DNA of 64,000 nucleotides from a virus. Below the pieces are notes generated by a model. The model made no database searches. It saw only the letters and a program-made list of their open reading frames with translations, and was not told the DNA's origin. Location: IMG/VR virus record IMGVR_UViG_3300033066_000693, positions 192,001 to 256,000 of that record; one strand, 5' to 3'. Of the stretch, positions 40,558 to 51,000 are shown piece by piece (the stretch's first letter is position 1; every line of letters begins with the position of its first letter). The translations under genes and the position numbers were made by a program.

Positions 40558-41603
40558 AGTAGCATCTTTCGATAAGCGTCAACAAGTCTTCCCTTCCAAT
40601 TATGCTCAATCATGAAACGGTAAATGTTATGCTTGTCTTGGTCAGGGTCTATAAGCTTAGAATCTGCTATGCTGATAAGCTCAACTCCGTCTTCTCCCTC
40701 AAAGACTTCTGGATAACATACCCCAAGAACAATTGGCTGGTCCTTGTATTTCTCTTTCAGTTCTGGCAGCATCATCTTGAAGGCATAATGATCTCCCAAG
40801 CCGCAATCCAAGACTACAAGCTTGTCATGCATCGTCTGAATGCCATACTCTTCAAGTTTGCGATGGAATACCTTCTCGTCATGCTCCCACAAGAAGGATG
40901 ACTCATAAGAGCGGATACCCCCTCCCGGAGAACGAAGATGCCATATAACAGCCTTAGGGTCTACAATAAGCTTGAAGCCCGCCCTTCGCATTCCATAGGT
41001 AAACAGAGTCTCTTCTCTATGACCAACAGGAGAAAGTTCCATACAATAGCCATGCTTTGCCGCAGACTTGCGAAACAAAAAGCTGTTATTCAAATGGTCA
41101 ACTTCTCTTGCGCCTTCAAATCTAAACCATTGAACATTTGGTCTATTGAATATATGCTCTATCTTGTTAGACGCAAAATGAGAAAGATGAGTAACTTCAC
41201 CGGGAACAAGGATTAATCCGCTAACTGCTCCAACGTCGTCAGCTATGTTACTTACAAGGACTTCTAGAACATTTGATTCAGGAACATCATCGTCGTCTAC
41301 TCGCCATATCCATTCGGTTTTGGCTATCTCAATAGCTGCCTGATGATTATGGACTTGTCCTTTTCGTTGTCCGTAAATTACTTCGCAAGGTATACCCTTT
41401 GAATGGAACATGGCAAATAGGCTAGAGTAAAGAGGGTCCGGCCTCAAGTCTCTTTGCTCGCCATCGTCAAATATGATAACCCTTGCTGGCTTATAGGTTT
41501 GATTAGCGACCGCTGTAAGAGCAAGAGGTAGCGTTGTATGATACCTGTCTTTTGTAGATATCTCTACTGTTACTTCCACTCGTTTTGGTTTCTCATTCTC
41601 CAT
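40554..41603 (-). CDS. GT2 (GT-A fold) glycosyltransferase fused to a GT9 N-terminal domain
   Basis: N-terminal half ISTKDRYHTTLPLALTAVANQTYKPARVIIFDDGEQ (GT2 with DDG); C-terminal KLVVLDCGLGDHYAFKMMLPELKEKYKDQPIVLGV resembles the GT9 N-domain (kIlvirl.alGDvl.t.P.l.alk..yP.a.i). Confidence 0.55.
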   Translation of the reverse strand: MENEKPKRVEVTVEISTKDRYHTTLPLALTAVANQTYKPARVIIFDDGEQRDLRPDPLYSSLFAMFHSKGIPCEVIYGQRKGQVHNHQAAIEIAKTEWIWRVDDDDVPESNVLEVLVSNIADDVGAVSGLILVPGEVTHLSHFASNKIEHIFNRPNVQWFRFEGAREVDHLNNSFLFRKSAAKHGYCMELSPVGHREETLFTYGMRRAGFKLIVDPKAVIWHLRSPGGGIRSYESSFLWEHDEKVFHRKLEEYGIQTMHDKLVVLDCGLGDHYAFKMMLPELKEKYKDQPIVLGVCYPEVFEGEDGVELISIADSKLIDPDQDKHNIYRFMIEHNWKGRLVDAYRKMLL

Positions 41604-42312
41604 GCGTCATCTTTCTTGCTAGAGCATTAGCCCTAAACAGGCTTTCAAAAGTTCCTGCATCTGTCCACTCTCCAGAAACCATCTGGAAAGGCACCTCTCC
41701 TATCTGTAGATACTGATTGTTTACATCGGTAATTTCAAGCTCGCCTCTTGCTGAGGGTTTGAGTTTCTTTATGATGCTAAAAACTCGCCAATCGTAGATA
41801 TACAACCCAGTTACAACAAGATCAGAAACGAAAGCCTTTGGCTTTTCTACTATCGAGATAATCGTATCATTAGCAACTTGCGCAACTCCAAACCGTTCAG
41901 GAGTATTGCTCTTCTTCAAGAAAAGTTTCGCTCCCCATTTGAAATCAGAAACGTCAAACGTGTCTTCGAAGATATTGTCTCCGAGGATTACGGCAACAGA
42001 ATCTACCTTGCCTACAAAATCTTCTCCTAAGCTCAAAGCTTGAGCGATACCACCAGCCTCGTCTTGTATGCGATAGGAAATGCTTACTCCAAAATCTTTA
42101 CCGCTGCCAAGTAACTGAGCAATATGACCGCAATGCTCTATGCCAGAAACAATGAGTATCTCTCGTATACCCATCTTGATAAGAGTCTCAAGCGGATACA
42201 TGATCATTGGCTTGGAATACACAGGCAACAAGTGTTTGTTCGTGACCTTGCAGAGGGGATAAAGTCTTGAACCTGTACCACCCGCCAGTATAATGCCTTT
42301 TTTTACTGACAT
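41593..42312 (-). CDS. rmlA: Glucose-1-phosphate thymidylyltransferase (RmlA-like, short form)
   Basis: KGIILAGGTGSRLYPL...NKHLLPVYSKPMIMYPL...ILGDNIF matches the RmlA/RfbA N-terminal signature. Confidence 0.75.
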   Translation of the reverse strand: MSVKKGIILAGGTGSRLYPLCKVTNKHLLPVYSKPMIMYPLETLIKMGIREILIVSGIEHCGHIAQLLGSGKDFGVSISYRIQDEAGGIAQALSLGEDFVGKVDSVAVILGDNIFEDTFDVSDFKWGAKLFLKKSNTPERFGVAQVANDTIISIVEKPKAFVSDLVVTGLYIYDWRVFSIIKKLKPSARGELEITDVNNQYLQIGEVPFQMVSGEWTDAGTFESLFRANALARKMTHGE

Positions 42313-43160
42313 ATCTTCTCCAATTCTTTATATTTATCATACTTTCTTTCCAACCTATTTTCTCCAACATTACTGTATATCCATTGACATATTTTCAATA
42401 CTTGAAATCTTCCAGTATATCTCATCATATAATGATTAGCTTTTTTATTTTGACACCAGAGTTTGGTGGTTTCGATCCCAACGTACATCACAAGTCTTTT
42501 TTGGATTTCAAGTAGCAGTTCTTTAGTTCCAACAATTTGAAAACAATAGGAGTTTCTTTGCGGATAAATAAGAATACTTCCATCTCCTTCGAATACGCCT
42601 CTGATAAAAGCCCTATCTAAAAATTCTCCTTTTATACAATTAAGATATTCCTCGGCTCCGCTCTTCGTTGGTTTTATTCCGTACTCTATTAGCTTCGAAC
42701 GCAACACTGAAGAAGATATTTTGAGTAATTTCGCCTTGTATGTCTTATTTGTTTTCTTTAGATATGTACTAGAATTAAGAATTGGTCCTGAGTATCCAAA
42801 GAATTTTCTAATATACTCAAGAATAGATTGGTCTTTTATCGCTACTTTGCATCCAAAACAATTTTCATTCTTATGCACAAAACCGTCAGAAAGAAGCCAG
42901 CCTAAAATCCATGCTACATCTGTTGTTACATTATCTAGAGCATCTTCTCTTAAGGTATGAATTTGATTAGAAAGAAAACGATCTTTAGGCAATGACGCAA
43001 TCCCCAGCTTTTTCATTCTTTGAGATATAAACCACTGCGAAACTCCAAACTCTTTGGCTATAGATTTCTGCGATCTTTTCTCCTCAAAGTATTTTTTCCT
43101 GAGATCTAATTCAGAAAGCTCTATTTTCTTATTCTTTGGCATAAGCCATTTATCGACCAA
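42303..43160 (-). CDS. LAGLIDADG homing endonuclease (double-motif) with N-terminal helix-turn-helix, free-standing
   Basis: Motifs VAWILGWLLSDGFV and FIRGVFEGDGSI; HTH-like SIAKEFGVSQWFISQRMKKLGI; inserted between rmlA and the rmlD-like gene. The track start is TTG; the real start is more likely the ATG of MPKNKK 18 nt inside. Confidence 0.65.
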   Translation of the reverse strand: MVDKWLMPKNKKIELSELDLRKKYFEEKRSQKSIAKEFGVSQWFISQRMKKLGIASLPKDRFLSNQIHTLREDALDNVTTDVAWILGWLLSDGFVHKNENCFGCKVAIKDQSILEYIRKFFGYSGPILNSSTYLKKTNKTYKAKLLKISSSVLRSKLIEYGIKPTKSGAEEYLNCIKGEFLDRAFIRGVFEGDGSILIYPQRNSYCFQIVGTKELLLEIQKRLVMYVGIETTKLWCQNKKANHYMMRYTGRFQVLKICQWIYSNVGENRLERKYDKYKELEKICQ

Positions 43161-43239
43161 TACAGCAAATAACTTTAGTTTGTTACCTTAGTAAGAGGCA
43201 TGAGTCGGCTGCCAGTACCGCCAGCTAAAATGATTCCCT

Positions 43240-44100
43240 TCATGCAACCTCCAAGAGGCGTTCTGCTTCAACATACTTTCTTATGCAGGTATCGACAGCG
43301 GTAATCGCTGATCTCAACTGAATACCCTCGTCTTCGAGCTTTCTCGTAGAAAGAACGCAGTTAGACCGACGAACTTTCGTTATCGTGTCAAGTTCTTCTT
43401 CTGAAATGAGAGAGTATTTCAGTTTCTTTCCCGAAATCTCTTCATACATTTTGAGGATTTGCGAATGGAATATAGAGCCTTTGTTTACTACATTGTAAAT
43501 GCCAGAAACATCTTTCTCTATGAGAGTTTTTGCTACATAAAGAAGATCTGGAATGTATGTAATAGAGTTTGCAGATTCAACAATCTTGGAATAGCCTAAG
43601 AGCTTGGTCAACAAATTGCGAGGGTCTGGCTTATCTCCCAATGGCATTCGTATGCGAAGTTGAAGAGCATTCTGTCTGTTCAGGTATCGTTCAGAAACTA
43701 TCTTGGTCCAACTGTAATAACTACCGTCATAGTTTGGAGCGGTCTTTTCGGAATACCCTTCGCCATAATCGTCCCCTTGATACACGCAACCGCTTCCTAT
43801 ATGAACCATTTTCGCTTTATAAGCACGGCATGCTGTTTGAATATATGACGGAACCACAACATTCGAGAAAAACGTTGCCTGCCTATTTTCCTCGCTAGCT
43901 TCGCACCAATCTATATTAGGTCTTCCAGTCTTTCCTAAGCAGTTAATGACATGGGTTGGCCTGTAGTGATAGATTCGACTCATGATTTGGTTATAATCAG
44001 TAATGTACTCGGTATACAGACTTGTAGGATAGAATGTTTGAAAAAACTCGGCAAACTGCTTGCCAAGGTACCCTCCACCAATAACCATTATTGTATACAT
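43240..44100 (-). CDS. NAD(P)-dependent sugar-nucleotide reductase, RmlD-like (dTDP-4-keto-6-deoxyhexose reductase family)
   Basis: Rossmann MVIGGGYLG, catalytic YYSWTK (YxxxK), length 286 aa typical of RmlD; adjacent to rmlB. Confidence 0.55.
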   Translation of the reverse strand: MYTIMVIGGGYLGKQFAEFFQTFYPTSLYTEYITDYNQIMSRIYHYRPTHVINCLGKTGRPNIDWCEASEENRQATFFSNVVVPSYIQTACRAYKAKMVHIGSGCVYQGDDYGEGYSEKTAPNYDGSYYSWTKIVSERYLNRQNALQLRIRMPLGDKPDPRNLLTKLLGYSKIVESANSITYIPDLLYVAKTLIEKDVSGIYNVVNKGSIFHSQILKMYEEISGKKLKYSLISEEELDTITKVRRSNCVLSTRKLEDEGIQLRSAITAVDTCIRKYVEAERLLEVA

Positions 44101-44103
44101 AGC

Positions 44104-45066
44104 TTATTCTTTCAGCATATTACCCCACCATTCGTTATTGGAGAGGTACCATTCGATTGTCGCATCTAAACTAGTATCGAACCCGCTCTTAGGTTTCCAC
44201 CCAAGCTCATGAAGCTTGGTACAATCCAATGAATATCGCAAATCATGACCAAGCCTATCTCCAACAAACTTGATACTAGACTCATTCTTGCCCATCTTTT
44301 TGAGCAAACGTTTGGTAAGATCTATATTACTTACCTCATTACCTCCGCCTATGTTGTATACCTGACCTGCCACTCCATTCTCAATGACAAATGAAATAGC
44401 ATCGCAGTTGTCTTCAACATATATCCAATCTCTTACATTCTTTCCGCTTCCATAAACAGGAACTTGTTCATTTCTAGATAACTTGGCTATAAATAGAGGT
44501 ATGATCTTCTCTGGGAACTGATAAGGTCCAAAGTTGTTTGAAGATCTAGTTATGATTACTGGCTGCTTAAAAGTATGCATTGCTGAAAAACACAGCATCT
44601 CAGCAGCAGCCTTGGAAGCGCTATACGGAGAAGACGGACGAAGTATGTCCTCTTCTGTAGAAGACTTGTGATGAAACTCAAGAGATCCGTATACCTCGTC
44701 AGTAGATATTTGAACAAACAAGCTAGCATTCTTTTCTCTGGCAGCACCAAGCATAAGCGCAGTACCCAGAACATTTGTATGAAGAAACGGTAGCTCATTC
44801 TGGATAGAGCGATCTACATGACTCTCTGCTGCAAAGTTAACAACTATATCGCCTGAACGGATAACGTCCTTTGCCGTAAATCCGTCGCATATGTCCGCTC
44901 GAACAAACGTATAGTTTGGCAAAACATCCAACTCTCTCTTTGTTTCAAGGCTTGCAGCATAGGTCATTTTATCAATATTGACAACGCTATGCGTCCCTTT
45001 GGAAAGAATGCTTCTAATAAAGTTACTACCAATGAATCCTAATCCGCCTGTTACTACTATATTCAT
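44104..45066 (-). CDS. rmlB: dTDP-glucose 4,6-dehydratase (RmlB)
   Basis: IVVTGGLGFIGSNF, FAAESHVDRSI, STDEVYG, SPYSASKAAAE (YxxxK), RDWIYVEDN: canonical RmlB motifs in order. Confidence 0.85.
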   Translation of the reverse strand: MNIVVTGGLGFIGSNFIRSILSKGTHSVVNIDKMTYAASLETKRELDVLPNYTFVRADICDGFTAKDVIRSGDIVVNFAAESHVDRSIQNELPFLHTNVLGTALMLGAAREKNASLFVQISTDEVYGSLEFHHKSSTEEDILRPSSPYSASKAAAEMLCFSAMHTFKQPVIITRSSNNFGPYQFPEKIIPLFIAKLSRNEQVPVYGSGKNVRDWIYVEDNCDAISFVIENGVAGQVYNIGGGNEVSNIDLTKRLLKKMGKNESSIKFVGDRLGHDLRYSLDCTKLHELGWKPKSGFDTSLDATIEWYLSNNEWWGNMLKE

Positions 45067-48000
45067 GAGTTGTTCTTCTTATGAAAGCGATCAGAAATCT
45101 CAGGAGTCCTCTTGGACGCCATGTTTGAAGAGAACTTTACCGTATAGGTAATCTTCGAATCGCTGTTTTTCTTGAACTTGTATCCAGCCTTTGCGATTCT
45201 CACCCACATGTCCCAATCTTCAATAGAATCCAAAGAACTATCAAATCCTCCAACAGACAGACACTTAGCTTTATGAACTACGCTTGAGATGTATATAAAT
45301 GGACAACGACGCATAAACTCCAAGCCGGGATACTCCGGAGGATTTGGTATTCCGTCAGGATAAGCTATAGAACCGTCTGTGAATTCGTGCCTAACTTCTG
45401 AATAGACCAAATCAGCCTCTTGGAGAGCCTTTATTTGAGAAGATAGATGGTTTTCGTCCCAAACATCGTCGGAATCGCAATAAGCTATATATTCAAAGCC
45501 TCCGCTCTCTTTTATCTTGTCCAGAGCGGCGTTTCTGGCGGAGCTTACTCCTCCATTGGGTTTCTCAATAATCTTGATGCGAGAATCTTTTTTGCGCCCC
45601 AAAATGGTAGAAGCTCTATTCTCAAGGCTAGAGCCGTCGTCTACCAAGAACAGAACCCAATCCCTATATGTTTGGCTTACAATAGCCATTGTACTAGAAA
45701 CAAGCATGTCTTTATCATTGTAGTAAGGCATAACAATCGCTACTCTGCCGCTCTTAATCCACTTCTTCTGCAAAAACCTCTCTTGGTTCTCAACAATGAA
45801 CTTTGGATATGTTGAGTCTATGCTAACCAAGACTGGAACATGAGGAGGATTATCTCTACCGAGAGCTTCTTTACAGCTATCTATGTTCTGCTGAATCTTC
45901 TCGGCATTGGTGAACTCTGGTTTGTTAAGTTCTTGATGGGCATAAGATTCAAGCTTTTCTACAATCTTCTCGGCTCCGCCCATCCATCCAAAATGCCATC
46001 CTCCGTCTGCTATACGATCATTCTCTGTAATCGTTTGATATCTAAGGTCAGTTAGCCCATAGTTGACTTTCTTCAAGTTGCCGAATGTAGTTATGCGACT
46101 ATAAGCTCCCGGCCCCGGCTTGCTTATGCCAACGCTCATATTGAGATAGTAGTTGTACTGGTGCTGTTCAAAGTACATCCAGTCTTTCTGACCTTTGTAC
46201 TCTTGTATTTTTGAGCCTCTAGGAATCTCGTCAAGATCAGAAAGGATAATGATGTCGTTCTCTTGGCATTGCAGCAAAGAGTTGATCATAAAGTTGCGCT
46301 GATAATGCTCTCTAACCCAAGCATTATCTGTTTGAGGACACTCGTTTATGATGACATGGATAATCTTAGGCCAGAATCTTCTAAATCTTTCCTTGTTCTC
46401 ATTGAAGTAAAGGGGCTTTGGCTTACCAGAATGCGTAACATTCATTTCGCATAAAACGAAGTGATCTACGTAAGGGTCTAGCTCGTTCAATCTAACCTCA
46501 AGTATGTCTAGCTCATTGAAGAAACAAAAGCAATCATAAACCTTTGGCTTAGGCTTTGCTTTTTCCTTACGCACAAACTTGAAGTTCTTGGTATTTATGA
46601 GCTTTGGATCAAGCGGGATAAATATGTCATAAGCACCTGATGCAGGATTGAACATCCAGAAGCCCATTTGATGTTCTTGAATAGGAACGCAATCATAGCC
46701 TAGTTTTTCAATATACTCTCTCAGCATACTGAAGTTGTATTCCTTGTTTGGATGCAGAGTGTTATGGAACTCTGCAAAGATTGTCTTGCATCGCAATATG
46801 TCTCTAGGATCTGCTTTTAGCAGTATGTCATACTCAGAACCCTCGCAATCTATCTTAAGTACAACGTCATTATCTCCCGGGAAATACTCCAACGCCTGCG
46901 CAAGGCTGATAGCCTTGATTTTCGATCCATTTCCGTTTTCTGACAACTTGGCTACGGGACCGCCTCCTTCTAGAACAACCTCTGTCGTGCCGGGCGAAGA
47001 AACAGCCACATGAACAGGATGAACATTCGAGTATTGCTTCATGTTACTTACTAAGAGCTTATATGTTTCTTCAATTGGTTCAAACGAGACTATCTTTTTG
47101 GCTCCAAGCGTAGTACACAGATAAGAGAACATTCCTACATTGCCGCCAATGTCAAGAACGCTCTTGTTCTCTACGTCTTCTCTAAATACGCTATATGAGT
47201 TTAGGCCAATCACTTCATGAAAAAGGTTGCTCTCATACGCAAGAAATGTTTCTCGAATATCAATAGCTTTTCTAGGAACAAATATCAAACCTTTCTCTTC
47301 GAACTTCTTCAGATTGTCTCTTACAAATTTAGGATACGTTTCGTCAATTTGAACCGGGGAGAAAGACAAATCTCTTCCTAGAACGTCTTTGCCATTCTCT
47401 ATGGACTTAACTACGTTGTCGTCGTTGTTGATTCTGTCGTTATTGAACTCGTCATGCGCCCAGTTATTGATCTTGTCTTTGATATGGTCTTTGTCTCCTA
47501 AGAAGCTGAAGTGCCATCCTGCGTCTTCAAATACATGCTTGTAGCCATAGTCATTTTCCCCTCGGAAGTATTGAAGATTACGACCTTTCAGTTCTGCGTA
47601 TGGGAAGATTCTTACCTTATACCACTTGATGGGAGTTTCCAAATTGAGTCTGTAATAGAACAGTCTTGTTTGCAGACAACATATACCCATACTTATATTG
47701 TACTGCTTTACAACAGAAGCCCTAGGAATCTCGTCTACGTCAGAAAGAATGATGATATCATTGTCCTTGCAGTCCTTCAGCCCTCTTGCTATTTGATTGC
47801 GCTGATAAGGCTCTCGAACCCATGTATCCGTAGTAGGAGGAAACTCCTCAACGATTACATGCTCAATCTTGTGCAAGAACTTCTTGAACCGCTCTTTGTT
47901 CTGCTCAAAGTAAAGAGGCTTTGGCTTGCCCTGATGACTATATCTAGCCTCAGCCAGAACGAACTTGTCTACAACGCTATCTAGCTCGTTCAAGCGTATT

Positions 48001-51000
48001 TCTAGAACGTCTAGCTCATTGAAGAACATAAAACAGTCATATACTTTTGGCTTGCTAGGACTAACCCTATCTATAATTGTCAATCCATTGCAGTTATCAA
48101 ATATCTCCCTTATCCTCCATTCCTTATTTTCAGCCAAGAAATCATTAATTGCGTCAACAAGCCCCTTAGAATAGTTCTCTTTGAACTTCCAATCCCACTC
48201 TTCTCCGTCTTGGCTCTTATGCCCAAAAGTAACAGTATCATGCATTATGATGTACTTCTTTACTTTGGACGAGTGCATTCGTAGTTCAGCTAAAAGCTGA
48301 TCATACGAGTGCTTGGTATCAATGAATAGCAAGTCGGTAGGCTCTATCTCTATTTGCAGGCAATCTCTGGCTTCAAATGTGAAGTTGATTCCTTTGCGGC
48401 TTGCCTCGGTAGCCACCTTCTCCACAGCAGGACAATAGAACTTGTCATAAGATCTCATAATCTTAGGAAGTCCTGCAAACAAGCCCCATGTTGAGTTGCC
48501 AGTTCTAACCCCAAACTCTGTTATGTGTTCGCACTCTTGCGCATACTTCTTAAGAGTTGGAAGATGCTCATAGATGTCTCCTGATATCCCCTCATGATTA
48601 GTGCTTCTCTTCTCGTACTCTTCAAGGGTTGGGTCTTTATGCTTTTGCTTGATATAGAGAGCGTTCTTTGGCGATTTCTCCTCGTCATTGCTTGTATAAA
48701 TCTCTCTGAATGTTCCGCCTCCCTTGTGAACCATAGGGAACAAGAACAATCTCTCGTCATTCCCGGGAGACTTATCACTGTATGTGATATCATGAGGAAC
48801 TTCTACAAGAGCATAGCCTTCGTCTGCCGCTCGCTTGCAGTAATCAGCGTCTTCATGATAACCAATACCAAACTCCTCGTCTAGGTATCCTATCTTAGAG
48901 ATTACTTCTCGCTTGATCATAGCGCAGAAGAAAAGAAGATACTCGCTCTGTATATCGCTTCTCCATGACTTCCTAGCCCCTGTAATCCCAACTTTAGGAT
49001 TAGAAAAAGGAGCAGACAATACAGATATCCAAGATCTATCTAGTATCTCTGTGTCATTGTTGAGAAGTATAACATACTCGCCTTCCGCAAGCTTCATGCC
49101 TGCATTCGTTGGCTTAACGTATCCCAATGCCTTATCAAACCAGACAAGCTTGAAAGAAGACCCAAGACTCTCTACGTAGGCTTTCGTGCCATCGGTACAT
49201 CCGTTTGCGACAACGATAACCTCGACATTGCTCATGTCTGTATACTTGATAATGCTTTCAATACAAGGCCTAAGATGATCGTCTAGATGGTTGTATGTTG
49301 GAATGACAATGGAATACTTTGGCTTAATCTTCTTGCTAGGCTTTTCTGCCTCGACTCTCATGTTATAGCCCCAATGAGATGTGAACTGAGGCTCAAGCCT
49401 CTTGAGGTTCGTAAACCCAACGCCTCCAAGATGGTCAAACATGATTTCCTCATACCATCCAAATAGATGAGGATTGCTAACCTTTGGGTCATAGACAGTT
49501 GTACCGTATATGCAGTTGAGGAGAGTATACCTATCTATTTTGTTAGCTGCTTCAAAATGGCGACAGAGTTCTAGAATGTCTGGCAACTCAAGACATAGCT
49601 TTCCTCCGGGTGCCAAAACTCTAAACCATTCAGCAAGGATTGCTGACGCCTCATAGCAAGAAAAATGCTCAAAGACATGGATAGCAGATATCTCGTCAAT
49701 GCTATTGTCTGGGTATTCTAGCTTACGAGCGTCCATTTTTACGTCTGCGGCTGGGCTATACAAGTCAATATTGATGTACCCCGGCATAAGAACGTCGCCG
49801 CATCCTATGTTTAGCTTCTTTTTCTTATTGCCGTATCTATCAAGCAAGATAGCCTCGTTTCTTGCAACGATTTCCGTCCATTTTGGAACGCCATGCACAG
49901 TTTGGCTAGATTTGTGCCAAATAGGGAAATGAATCACATGGTCAGATGCGTCTCTAAGTCTATTATACTTTACGTCATTTGGAACTTGAACAACATCAAG
50001 ATTGGCTTTATGTAACTTCCAACAGTAGTCAATATCCTCGCCATATCCGGGATTAAAGATCTCGTCCAACAATCCAAACTTCTCAATGATGGTATCTTTC
50101 AACATTACGCAGAAAAACAACAAGAACTCGAAGCTTGTCTCGGCATGAAAGTTCTTAGCTGCGCCAGTTATTCCGGTCTTTGGATTATCTATGTAAGGCT
50201 TTTCCAACATTCTAAGCCATTCACTCTTGGGTTGTTCAAGAAGTATGTTGTCATTGTTTAATAGAACAACATACTCTCCCATAGAGATCTTGATTCCTTC
50301 ATTAGTTGCCTTTGTGTAACCAGCGGGGTCAGTCATCCAGAATAGCTTAAATGGATGACCCAATCCTCGAACATAGTCCTTAGTTCCGTCAGTACAGCCA
50401 TTAGCGACAACAATAACTTCAACCTCGTCAAGGTTAGTGTACTTGATAATGCTTTCGAGACATGGCTTGAGACAGTCATCCAAATGGTTATAAGTCGGGA
50501 TAATGATGGAATACTTTGGCTTTGGGTGCTTAGTAATCACAGATTTTCTATTGTGGTCAGTCATCTTGATGTCCTTAAACGTTATTTTGTCTTTGTGATA
50601 GATAGGAAACTCTCTATTGACATTAGGATTATGAAGTAGAGAGTCTGTATCAAAATCTAGATCATAGTGAATGTCAGTAGGGATTTGCTTTATCAGATAT
50701 CCGGCTTTAGAGAGACGAACGCAAAAATCAATGTCCTCTTCATACCCTAAGCCAAATCCCTCGTCCAATATTCCTATCTTATCGAAAATCGACCGTCGAA
50801 TCATGGCACAAAAGAAAACCATGTACGGTTGTCTGAATATCGTCTTACCATTGTTCCATGCTAAGCGAATATCTTTGTTTGGTCCAGTTATACCAGTCTT
50901 AGGATTTTCAATGAAAGGCTTCTCAAGCATATTAAGCCAATCGTTCTTCTTTTGAGGACAAAGAACAACGTCATTGTTGAGCAGTACAACAAACTCTCCC

